NCBI GenBank assembly: GCA_965116475.1
Contig: OZ220691.1
Coordinates: 928,001 to 992,000, forward strand
Direction of reading: 5' to 3'
DNA from: Gemmatimonadota bacterium
Lineage (GTDB): Bacteria > Gemmatimonadota > Gemmatimonadetes > Palauibacterales > Palauibacteraceae
DNA length: 64,000 bases
The notes below the pieces were generated by a model. That model was not told the origin of the DNA, did not search any database, and worked only from the letters and a program-made list of their open reading frames with translations. Positions 19,864-28,328 of this stretch are shown here, one piece after another. Numbering within the stretch: position 1 is the stretch's first letter; each line of letters starts with the position of its first letter. The position numbers were made by a program, and so were the translations under genes.

Positions 19864-21291
19864 TCAGGGGAGGGCTCGGGCCACGCGGAATCCGTAGTAC
19901 ATGTCCCGGCTGTCGGGGAGATTCCTGGACCGGTTCGCGGAGCGGAGGAACCACGCACCGATGAACCATGAGCCGCCGCGCAGGACACGGCGGTCGCAGT
20001 CTCCCGACTCGCGGGCGCTCCCATCCGCCGGAGCGCCCGAATGGCTGTCGTTCCAGCAGTCCTGCGTCCACTCCGACACGTTCCCCAGCACGTCGTACAA
20101 TCCGAACGCGTTCGGCGCGAACGACCCCACCGGCGCCGTCCCCCGGTACTCGTCGTTGCACGGTGCAGCGGCCTCGATGCGGGACCCGCGGCTGAACCGG
20201 AGACCCCGGAACGACCGGGCCCTGGGCCCGCCCCCGGCCCCGTTCGCGTAGCGGCACAGCTCCGATACATCCTCCCCCCAGTACCGGGACGTCGCCGTGC
20301 CGGCCCGCGCCACGTATTCCCACTCGGCCTCGCTCAGAAGGCGGTACGGCTGCCCCGTCAGCCCGGACAGCCATGACACGTACGCCTGCGCGTCCTCCCA
20401 ACTCACGTACAGCACCGGACGACGCTCCCGACCCCAGTGCCGGTCGGCCGGCGTGTAGCGGCAACCGCCCATTTCCACGCACGCGTCCCACTCCGCGAAC
20501 GTGACCTCGTACACCCCGACGGCGAACGGAGCCCCGATCGTCACCGAGTGCTGCGGACCCTCGACGGCCGCCCGGAACTCCTCGGACTCCGGCGAGCCCA
20601 TCGTGAACGTCCCCGGCGGCACGACGACCATCTGCGGACAAAAGGCGCAGTCGCGGAACGTCTCGAACACCTCGAACGTCTCTTCCGGGGGCCCGGCTGC
20701 CGTTCCGGGCGCCGCGCCGTCCTCCACGACGCCCCAGCTTTCCCGGGCCACGACTTCGTAACCGTCCCCGTCGTAGTACCTCGCGAAGTGATCGTTGCCG
20801 GTCGTTGCCTGCGCCTCGGCCGCCTCCGCGCTCGCCCCGAACCCGATGGCGAAGCGCCGGTACGCCGAGCCGTGCGGATCCGACGTCGGGGCGAGACGGA
20901 CCGCCGACGTGTACCTGACGATCACCACGTAACGGTCGCCCCGGTTCGACCAGGCGCACGAAGTTTCCGCGTGGTCGCCGAGCTCCGAACGGAGCGCCCG
21001 TTCCACGCCCTGCCGGTCTTCGAGCGGGACGCCGACCCGGTAGGCCAGGGCCATGTCGGACCGATAGACCACGGTGATGCCCTCCCAGCCGAAACGGCGG
21101 TCGGGATCCGGAGTCCGGGGCGTGGACAGTTCGCTCCCCACGCACACCACCGCCCCCGGCGCGGACGGCGAGGCGTCGGACTGCGCGGCGTTGGATTGTG
21201 CGGCGGCGGGGAGGCTCCCCGAGAGCAGCGTGAGGCCCGCGACCGCGTGCGCCGGGGTGATGGCGACGAGGGTGCGTCGTGGCCCATTCAT
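19864..21291 (-). CDS. Secreted protein with unknown N-terminal domain and C-terminal FGE-sulfatase (CLec-fold) domain
   Basis: Signal peptide; FTMGS, EVTFAEW, RLLSEAEWEY, PNAFGLYD.LGNV.EW, RGGSW, GFRVAR; GGGAGG RBS. Confidence 0.88.
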   Translation of the reverse strand: MNGPRRTLVAITPAHAVAGLTLLSGSLPAAAQSNAAQSDASPSAPGAVVCVGSELSTPRTPDPDRRFGWEGITVVYRSDMALAYRVGVPLEDRQGVERALRSELGDHAETSCAWSNRGDRYVVIVRYTSAVRLAPTSDPHGSAYRRFAIGFGASAEAAEAQATTGNDHFARYYDGDGYEVVARESWGVVEDGAAPGTAAGPPEETFEVFETFRDCAFCPQMVVVPPGTFTMGSPESEEFRAAVEGPQHSVTIGAPFAVGVYEVTFAEWDACVEMGGCRYTPADRHWGRERRPVLYVSWEDAQAYVSWLSGLTGQPYRLLSEAEWEYVARAGTATSRYWGEDVSELCRYANGAGGGPRARSFRGLRFSRGSRIEAAAPCNDEYRGTAPVGSFAPNAFGLYDVLGNVSEWTQDCWNDSHSGAPADGSARESGDCDRRVLRGGSWFIGAWFLRSANRSRNLPDSRDMYYGFRVARALP

Positions 21292-21428
21292 CCGGCGCCT
21301 CCCTGTAAGCAACGGTGTTCGGCCTCCCCCTGCATGATACACCGGTGGCGCGCGTTGGGCCGGACTTGACCCGGATCGAAGATGCGGACCTCTCGGCGCG
21401 CGGACGCGCGGAGGAGAACCCGTGAGCG

Positions 21429-21451
21429 GCTGACGGGTATGCTGACGGGTA
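21429..21451. repeat. Intergenic direct repeat GCTGACGGGTA x2 (period 12)
   Basis: Copies at 21429 and 21441 in a divergent intergenic region. Confidence 0.8.
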
Positions 21452-21513
21452 GATCGGGGGTGAGCCGCCAGAGCCTGCAGGGGGTGGCCGCCGTGATGCC
21501 GAGGAGGCCTCCA

Positions 21514-22323
21514 ATGCGCACCAGCAGATACGCTTTCTTCCTGCCGGCCCTGGCCGTCTTTCTGCCTGCCCTGGCCGTTGCCGGCTGTGGCAATGCCGTG
21601 GGGCGCGAGCCCAACTACCTCGAAGTCGTGGAGGTGACCGTCGGCCCCGCCCTGGCCAAGTGCTACGGGGTGGGCGTGCGGACGTGCATGGTGGTCAACG
21701 GCGGGTTGTTCTACGACGGAATCGAGGGCTTCGAGTACGAGGCCGGCTACGACTACCGACTCCGCATCGGCAAGTACGATCCCTGGGGCGGGAGCGAACC
21801 GCCGCAGGACGCCGGCCGGTATGCGTACCGTCTGCTGGAGCAACTGGAGAAGACGCCGGCGCCATCCACCCCCGCCACGCTGTCGGCAGGTCCGGCGCGG
21901 GTCGTATGCGCGCGGAGCGACGACTTCTGCATGGTCCTGGACGGCGCACCGTACGACGACATCATCACGAGCTTCGAGTATGAGGCGGGCTACCACTACG
22001 TGCTGGAAGCCGACAGGTATGCCGATGGCCGGTACGTGCTGGGCGAAGTCGTGTCGAGAACCCGGGCGGCGGGCACCGAAGAGGAGATCGCCATCGATCG
22101 CCACCGGGTCGAGTGCGACGACGGCTATCCCGGATACTGCAAGGTCGTTAACGGCGCCCCCTACCGCGGCGAGATCGTGGGCTTTCAGCCGCGGCACGAA
22201 GTCGACTACCGCCTGCGCGTCGAGAGGTTCGACATGTTCCCCGACGGCATGACCGGATCACCCAATGTGCCGGCCTACGGCTACCGCTGGCTCGAAACGC
22301 TCGAGGCCACCCCCGGCACCTGA
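21514..22323 (+). CDS. Lipoprotein with three tandem DUF4377-like domains
   Basis: GAGGAGG RBS; lipobox VAGC; three units of pattern C..C..IEGFEYEAGY.Y.L..Y.L. Confidence 0.75.
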   Translation: MRTSRYAFFLPALAVFLPALAVAGCGNAVGREPNYLEVVEVTVGPALAKCYGVGVRTCMVVNGGLFYDGIEGFEYEAGYDYRLRIGKYDPWGGSEPPQDAGRYAYRLLEQLEKTPAPSTPATLSAGPARVVCARSDDFCMVLDGAPYDDIITSFEYEAGYHYVLEADRYADGRYVLGEVVSRTRAAGTEEEIAIDRHRVECDDGYPGYCKVVNGAPYRGEIVGFQPRHEVDYRLRVERFDMFPDGMTGSPNVPAYGYRWLETLEATPGT

Positions 22324-22344
22324 GCCGGCCGATTGCGGCCTTCA

Positions 22345-25300
22345 TCAACGGCAGCCGCCGCCGCGGCCCCAGCTCATGGTGGGGGGCGGATCGCGGCGGA
22401 GCGCCTCCAGGTACGCGAACGGGTCGGAGTCGGCGAGCCGATTGGCCGGCGCCGCGTCCTCCCTTTCGACGGCGCGGACCGTCTCGCGGCCCTGGCGGAG
22501 TGCGGGGCTCAGGCGGAGCGGGTGCACGCCCCCGGCGAGCACGTTGTACGTCGCGCCGTCCTTCTGGAGCGTGCCGTCGATGTAGAGGAAGGGTTCGAGG
22601 CGGATCGCGGCGCGGCATTCCCGGTACACCTCGGGCCTCACGATCGCGTTGACGGGCCCGAATTCGTCCTCCATGAGGATGAAGATGTAGCCGCCGGCCG
22701 TGTGCGGGCGCTGGCGGGCCACGACGATCCCGGCCACCCGCACCTCGCTCCCGGCCGGGAGATCGGGGAAGCGGGCCGATGAGACCGTGCGCTCGGGGAG
22801 GCGGTCGCCCACAAGCGCGAACGGGTGGTGCTGCGAGGCGGCGAAGGAGAGGATGCGGTACTCCGCGATCATCTTCTCCATGTCGTGCGTGCCCGCGAAG
22901 CGGAGATCCGCGTAGGGATCGTCCAGCGCGAGTTCGGTCTGTCCCTGGTCCGAGCGGTCGGTGCTCCGGCGGTCCCGTACGGGGGGCAGCGCGTCTCCGC
23001 CCAGTCCCGCGGCGCCCGTCGCCAGTTCGCGGCGGCGGCGTTCCGCTTCCGTTTCGGCTTCCGGACCCAGCCAGAGCCCCGTCTGCCACAGCAGATCGCG
23101 GCGTTCGATCCCCAGCGCGTCGAACCCGCCGACCCAGATCAGGCTCTCGATCGCGGCCCGCTTGAGCGTGGCCGGGGTGCGGCGCAGAAAATCGGGCAGC
23201 GACGCGAACGGCCCGCCCCGCTCGCGCTCCGCCACCACGAGTTCGGCCACCTCCGTCCCCCAGTCGCGGACCATGCCGAGACCGATGCGGACGTCGTCTC
23301 CCTCGGCGGTGCAGGCGACCTCGCTCGCGTTCAGATCCGGGAGCCGGACGCCGACCCCGTGCCGGCGCGCGTCGCGGCCGATCGCGTCGAGCGAGTAGAA
23401 CCCCATCGGCTGGTTGTTGAAGAGCCCGACGTAGTACTCGGGCGGGTAGCGGTCGCGGAGCCAGGCGGACTGGTAGGCGAGGAGTCCGAACGCCACCGCG
23501 TGCGACTTCGGAAACCCGAACTCCGAGAACGCGACGACCTGTTCGAACACTTTCTTCGCGGTGGGACCGTCGACCCCCTTCGCCGCCGCGCCGTCCCGGA
23601 ACGCCGTCCAGTACCCCAGCAGCGCCTCGCGCGAGCGTTTGCGGCTCATGGCGCGCCGCAGCCCCTCGGCCTGGCCGTCGCTGAAGCCCGCGAGCGCCCT
23701 GCACACCTGCAGCACCTGGTCCTGGAAGATGATCACGCCCAGCGTTTCGCCGAGCGCCTCCTCGAGCAGGGGATGGTCGTAGGGGACGACGTAGTCCGGG
23801 TTGTTGCGCAGCTTCTCGCGCCGCCGGACGTAGGGGTTGACCGCCCCGCCGACGATCGGGCCCGGGCGCACGATCGCGACCTGGACCGCGAGGTCGGCCA
23901 GGTTCCGGGGCCGCACCCGCCGCAGCATCTGGATCTGCGCGCGGCTCTCGACCTGGAACAGCCCCACCGTGTCTCCCGAACAGATGCGGTCGTAGATCCC
24001 CTCGTCCTCATAGTCGATGCGGGACAGATCGGGGATTTCCCCATGGCGCAGATGAATCGTCTCCACCGCCTCCTCGACGAGTGACAGCATCCCGAGCGCG
24101 AGGAAGTCGATCTTGATGAAGTGCGCGTCGTCGCAGGAGTCCTTGTCCCACTGGCAGAGGACGCGCCCCTCCCACGCGGCGGGCTCGAGCGGGACGATCT
24201 CCACCAGCGGCCGGCTCGAGATGATCATCCCGCCCACGTGCTGGGAGATGTGCCGCGGGAGCCCCTTGATCTCCTCGGCCAGTTCGGCGAAGACCCGCCA
24301 GATGCGTGAGTTGGCGCGCGCTTCGAGGCCGGGGATGCGCTCGAGTTCGGCCATGAACCCGTCCTCTCCCGGCTCGGCGAGTCTGGCCAGCTTCTCCACG
24401 TCGCCGGCCGGGAGGCTGAGCGCCTTGCCCAGTTCGCGCACGATCGAGCGCGTGCGGTAGGTGGGGAAGGTGCACACAAGCCCGACGTGGTCGTACCCGA
24501 AGCGCTCGTAGACGGCGAGGATCAGTTCCTCCCGGATATCGCGCGCAAAGTCGATGTCGATGTCCGGGACGCTTTCCATGGCGTCGTTCAGGAACCGGCC
24601 GAGGAAGAGGTTCGTCCGTACCGGGTCGACGTGGGAGAGCCCGATCAGGTAGCAGAGGATGGAGGAGACCGAGGACCCGCGTCCCCGCCCCGGCGGAAGC
24701 AGTTGCCGCGGCATCGAGTCGCCCCGCACGCGGTGCGCGACCTCCCGGGCCAGTTCGAGGATGTCGTGATAGACGAGGAAGAACCCGGCCAGGTCATGCC
24801 GGTCGACGAGCGCGAGTTCGGTGGCGAGCCGCTCCTCGGCTTCGCGGCGGTATCCGCTGCCGGGGGGATAACGGATCTCGAACGCCCGGCGACAGACCTG
24901 CTGGAGCACGCGCATGGCGGGGGCGGCGCCGCTTCCCCTGAAGTCGGGGAACCTGTAGCCGAGGTCGGCCGTGAGATCGAACGCCCGGCAGCGCTCGGCG
25001 ATCGCGCGCGTGTTGCGGAGCGCGTCGGGCCGCGACGCGAAGCGCCACACCATCTCGCGGGGCGAGGCGAGGTGGAAGCAGGCGTTGGGGCGGCGCAGCG
25101 CGTGCGAATCGTCGACCGTCGTCCGGTTCCGGATCGCGACCAGGACATCCTGGAGACGGTGCCGGTCGGCGACGTGGTAGTGGACGTTGCCCGTGGCCAC
25201 GACCGGGATGCGGAGCCGGTCGGCCAGCGCGCCCAGCGCCCGTCCGCGCGCGAGGTCGCCGTGGACGGCGTTGTGCTGGAGTTCGACGAAGAGGTTGCCG

Positions 25301-25839
25301 GGACCGAAGGCGTCGCGCAGGCGGACGGCCAGCCGCTCGGCCTCGTCTGTCCCCCGTTCGAGCGCCGCGAGGAGGGGGCTCCGGCGGCACCCGCTGAGGA
25401 GGATGAGCCCCTCGGGCCGCTCGAGGAGCGCGTCGAGGTCGAGCCGGGGCTCCCCGCGCGGACTCTCCATGTGCGCCCGGGTGATGAGCCGGCACAGGTT
25501 CGCGTACCCCGCCGCGTTCTCCGCCAGCACCGTGACGTGGCAGTCGGCCGGTTCCGCCGCCCGTCCCGTCGGCGCGCGGCCTGCGGACGTTCCCGCGGGA
25601 ACGTCTCCGTCGGCGGCGAACGGCGCAGCGAGGGTGAGTTCGGCGCCGGTGATCGGCTGCAGCCCGTGGGCGCGGGCGAATTGCGCGAACCCCATCGAGC
25701 CGTACAGCCCGTCGTGGTCGGTGAGCGCGAGCGCGGGATAGCCCAGTTCGAGTGCGCGCGCCGCGAGTTCCTCGGGCCGCGACGCCCCATCGAGAAAGGA
25801 GTAGGCCGAGTGCGCGTGCAGTTCGACGTAGTCGGCCAC
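22345..25839 (-). CDS. dnaE2: Error-prone DNA polymerase DnaE2 (ImuC)
   Basis: PHP domain (ELHAHSAYSFLDG, TDHD), GRGS, PDIDID, KIDFLALG, FQVESRAQ, GFPKSH, QPMGFY, OB-fold; lies next to imuB. Confidence 0.93.
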   Translation of the reverse strand: MADYVELHAHSAYSFLDGASRPEELAARALELGYPALALTDHDGLYGSMGFAQFARAHGLQPITGAELTLAAPFAADGDVPAGTSAGRAPTGRAAEPADCHVTVLAENAAGYANLCRLITRAHMESPRGEPRLDLDALLERPEGLILLSGCRRSPLLAALERGTDEAERLAVRLRDAFGPGNLFVELQHNAVHGDLARGRALGALADRLRIPVVATGNVHYHVADRHRLQDVLVAIRNRTTVDDSHALRRPNACFHLASPREMVWRFASRPDALRNTRAIAERCRAFDLTADLGYRFPDFRGSGAAPAMRVLQQVCRRAFEIRYPPGSGYRREAEERLATELALVDRHDLAGFFLVYHDILELAREVAHRVRGDSMPRQLLPPGRGRGSSVSSILCYLIGLSHVDPVRTNLFLGRFLNDAMESVPDIDIDFARDIREELILAVYERFGYDHVGLVCTFPTYRTRSIVRELGKALSLPAGDVEKLARLAEPGEDGFMAELERIPGLEARANSRIWRVFAELAEEIKGLPRHISQHVGGMIISSRPLVEIVPLEPAAWEGRVLCQWDKDSCDDAHFIKIDFLALGMLSLVEEAVETIHLRHGEIPDLSRIDYEDEGIYDRICSGDTVGLFQVESRAQIQMLRRVRPRNLADLAVQVAIVRPGPIVGGAVNPYVRRREKLRNNPDYVVPYDHPLLEEALGETLGVIIFQDQVLQVCRALAGFSDGQAEGLRRAMSRKRSREALLGYWTAFRDGAAAKGVDGPTAKKVFEQVVAFSEFGFPKSHAVAFGLLAYQSAWLRDRYPPEYYVGLFNNQPMGFYSLDAIGRDARRHGVGVRLPDLNASEVACTAEGDDVRIGLGMVRDWGTEVAELVVAERERGGPFASLPDFLRRTPATLKRAAIESLIWVGGFDALGIERRDLLWQTGLWLGPEAETEAERRRRELATGAAGLGGDALPPVRDRRSTDRSDQGQTELALDDPYADLRFAGTHDMEKMIAEYRILSFAASQHHPFALVGDRLPERTVSSARFPDLPAGSEVRVAGIVVARQRPHTAGGYIFILMEDEFGPVNAIVRPEVYRECRAAIRLEPFLYIDGTLQKDGATYNVLAGGVHPLRLSPALRQGRETVRAVEREDAAPANRLADSDPFAYLEALRRDPPPTMSWGRGGGCR

Positions 25840-25845
25840 GGGCGG

Positions 25846-26136
25846 CTATTCCGGCTGCAGGAACCAGCGATCCAGCATCAGATCGTGGTACGCGGTGAGG
25901 TGGGCGCCGTTCTCGAGCACGATCGAGAAGTAGGCGCGCGAGATCGGTTCCCTCCACCACTCGTCGTCGATCCGCCACTGGTCGGGCACGTCGCCGATCC
26001 GTCGCCAGCGTCCCCGGATCTCGAGACTCACGGGCACCCCGGCGCCCCCGAGCCGGACCCGCACCGGACGCGGCCGGTTGAGCGCACGCAGCTTCCCCGC
26101 GGGCGGCTTCGGCCTCGGCGGCCGGGGACCGGCCAC
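25846..26136 (-). CDS. Small protein resembling a stand-alone ImuB C-terminal domain (DUF6504-like)
   Basis: LRALNRPRPVRV..WRIDDEWWREPISRAYF..YHDL..RWFLQ; GTG 5 nt after the imuB stop. Confidence 0.72.
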   Translation of the reverse strand: MAGPRPPRPKPPAGKLRALNRPRPVRVRLGGAGVPVSLEIRGRWRRIGDVPDQWRIDDEWWREPISRAYFSIVLENGAHLTAYHDLMLDRWFLQPE

Positions 26137-26141
26137 ACCCG

Positions 26142-27440
26142 CTACGCGATTTCCATGAGCGCGTGCCGGCGCTCGGGGATTCGGGAGTTCGGCTCGAGTT
26201 CGAGCACCCGGAACAGCGCCGCGCCTCCCACCCGCAACCGCAGCAGGCGCGCCGCGCGGCGGAACGCGGGCAGGAGTTCGCCATCCTTCGTCTCCAGCGA
26301 ACCGAGGGCGCGGGCCGCGCCTTCCTTCGGGTCGAAGAGCCCGGCCTGCGCGCTCGCCGGGCCGAAGCGGAAGAGTTCGAGCCGCAGCGTCTCGACCGCG
26401 CGCCGGGGCCGGTCGAGCGCGATTCGCGAGCGGAGGAACGCCCCGAGCCGTTCGGGCTCGCTCGTGGGTTCCCGGGCAATCGCGCGAATGGACCAGGAGC
26501 CGCCGTCCTCGAGGCTCGCCGACACCCTGAGGCCGCGGACGCTCTTGCCTCGCCGCCGCGGATGATCGAGCGCGCGACCGATGAGCCGGTCGAGCGCGGC
26601 GTGCAGCAGTTCGAGCTGTCCGATCGGGCTCGGGAAGTCGAGCGCGACGCGAATCGGCCGGGCCGGCGCCTCCGGCCGCACACGGTCGATGCGCGTCCCC
26701 CGCGCCCAGGCGAGCGCCCGGCGCCCATCGGCCCCGAACTGCGACACGAGCGCCGGCTCGGGCATGCGCACGAGCTGTCCGAGCCGCCCGACCCCGAGCC
26801 GCCTCAGCCGCCCGACCGTGCGCGGCGACACCGGCAGCACATCGACCGGCTGCGGCGCCAGAAACGCGGCCAGGCCGGCCGGCGCCACGCAGACGGCCGC
26901 GCCCGCCGAGCCGGCCCCCTGCGACCCCGCCGGTTGAGCGGGCTCCGCGGCCCGCGCCGCGACCCAGGCCGCGAACTTGCCCGGCGCGCAGCCGATCCGC
27001 GCGCTCGACGCGAGCCACGGCGACAGCGCCTCGAGCCGTGCCCGGAGCCCCGCGATCTGCCGCCCGGGCGGGCCGTACAGGCGTTCGAGCCCATCGACCC
27101 CCACGAACATCCGGCCCCGCTCGGCCGAGCGCTCGACGACCGGGCTCCACCGGCGAAGAACCTCCAGCACCCGGTCGCGCGCCGCGTCGTGAAAATCCGG
27201 ATCCGGCTCGCAGAGGACGAGCGACGGACAGAGCGCGATCGCCTGCGACACGACCATGCCCGGCTCGACCCCGAAGGAGGCCGCGAGCGCGCACCCCATC
27301 TCGATGCGGCGGCGGTCCCCCGGCGTCGGCAGCGCGAGCGGCTGGTCCGCGAGCGACGGCGTCCGGACCCGCTCCAGTTCCAGCTCGAACCCCGGCCACC
27401 AGAGGCAGAGCGCCATCCGGCTCCCGCGACCTGCGTCCAT
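26142..27440 (-). CDS. imuB: Catalytically inactive Y-family polymerase ImuB
   Basis: Y-family layout (GVEPGM, ALCP, KFAA, HhH) lacking the catalytic acidic residues; clamp-binding-like QAGLF; PERRHAL tail. Start 27440 or 27416. Confidence 0.85.
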   Translation of the reverse strand: MDAGRGSRMALCLWWPGFELELERVRTPSLADQPLALPTPGDRRRIEMGCALAASFGVEPGMVVSQAIALCPSLVLCEPDPDFHDAARDRVLEVLRRWSPVVERSAERGRMFVGVDGLERLYGPPGRQIAGLRARLEALSPWLASSARIGCAPGKFAAWVAARAAEPAQPAGSQGAGSAGAAVCVAPAGLAAFLAPQPVDVLPVSPRTVGRLRRLGVGRLGQLVRMPEPALVSQFGADGRRALAWARGTRIDRVRPEAPARPIRVALDFPSPIGQLELLHAALDRLIGRALDHPRRRGKSVRGLRVSASLEDGGSWSIRAIAREPTSEPERLGAFLRSRIALDRPRRAVETLRLELFRFGPASAQAGLFDPKEGAARALGSLETKDGELLPAFRRAARLLRLRVGGAALFRVLELEPNSRIPERRHALMEIA

Positions 27441-27459
27441 GCGACCCTTTCCAAACTCA

Positions 27460-27485
27460 AAAACCGAATAAAAACCGAAAATCGG
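27460..27485. promoter_or_regulatory. Candidate SOS/repressor operator upstream of imuB
   Basis: AT-rich AAAACCGAA x2 with 11-bp period, plus palindrome CCGA-AAA-TCGG. Confidence 0.5.
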
Positions 27486-27570
27486 ACCGGCCAATCTAGG
27501 CGCTGCGAAACGGGATGCAAGAGCCCCGGGCTGCGTCGCCGACCGGGCCGGCGCCGGATACTTTCGACTC

Positions 27571-28026
27571 ATGAACCGGGAACCCGACACGGGAGAGGTG
27601 CTCGCGCCGAGGAGCTGGGCCGCGTTCGTAGCGCGGACGATCCTCGGCCTCATCTTTTTCATGGCCGGGTTCTGGAAGGTGTTCGAACTCGGGGCCGTCC
27701 AGCATGCGCGCGGCCTGTTCGTGGAGGCCTACGCCGACACGTTCCTCCCCGCCTGGTCGCTGTGGGCCGCCGGGGTCGCGATCCCGTTCATCGAACTGGC
27801 CTGCGGGGCGCTGCTGGTGGTGGGCTGGCGGCGCCGGACCGCCGCGCTGGGGCTGGGCGGAGTCCTCATCCTCGTCACCTTCGGGCACCTGCTCGCCGAA
27901 CCCCTCTACGTCTTCAGCGCACACGTCATCCCGCGCACGCTCCTGCTCGTCATCGCGCTCATCCTGTTCGAGGACGACCGCCTGAGCCTCGACGCCTGGC
28001 TCGCCCGCCGCACCGCCCCACGCTGA
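27571..28026 (+). CDS. DoxX family membrane protein
   Basis: RTILGLIFFMAGFWK, ELACGALLVVG, LSLD; four TM segments. Confidence 0.85.
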   Translation: MNREPDTGEVLAPRSWAAFVARTILGLIFFMAGFWKVFELGAVQHARGLFVEAYADTFLPAWSLWAAGVAIPFIELACGALLVVGWRRRTAALGLGGVLILVTFGHLLAEPLYVFSAHVIPRTLLLVIALILFEDDRLSLDAWLARRTAPR

Positions 28027-28046
28027 CCGCCTCCGCCCCGTTGATA

Positions 28047-28070
28047 CGGTGTTGACACGACGCAACATCG
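28047..28070. promoter_or_regulatory. Inverted repeat, candidate autorepression operator
   Basis: CGGTGTTG-N8-CAACATCG (7/8 match) overlapping a TTGACA hexamer. Confidence 0.5.
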
Positions 28071-28076
28071 TGGGGC

Positions 28077-28328
28077 ATGATCAGGCTCCGGAGGCACCCG
28101 AAGAAGGACATCGAGAAGGCGCTGACCGTCGCCCGAAAAGCCGGGTGGACGGTCATCCCGAAAACCTCCGGGCATAACTGGGGCGTGATGTACTGCCCGG
28201 GGACCGGAACGCGTGCCTGCCGCAAGTCCATCGCGTCCACGCCGCGGAACCCCGGCGATCATGCCAGAAGACTCCGACAGGCTGTGCGCCGATGTCATCA
28301 CGGAGAGAGACGAGAAGTCGAGACATGA
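28077..28328 (+). CDS. Small basic HicA-like protein (putative toxin)
   Basis: 83 aa; HPKKDIEKAL..GW..SGHNWG.MYCP..C..SIASTPRNP..H; ATGA-coupled to the next gene. Confidence 0.6.
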   Translation: MIRLRRHPKKDIEKALTVARKAGWTVIPKTSGHNWGVMYCPGTGTRACRKSIASTPRNPGDHARRLRQAVRRCHHGERREVET

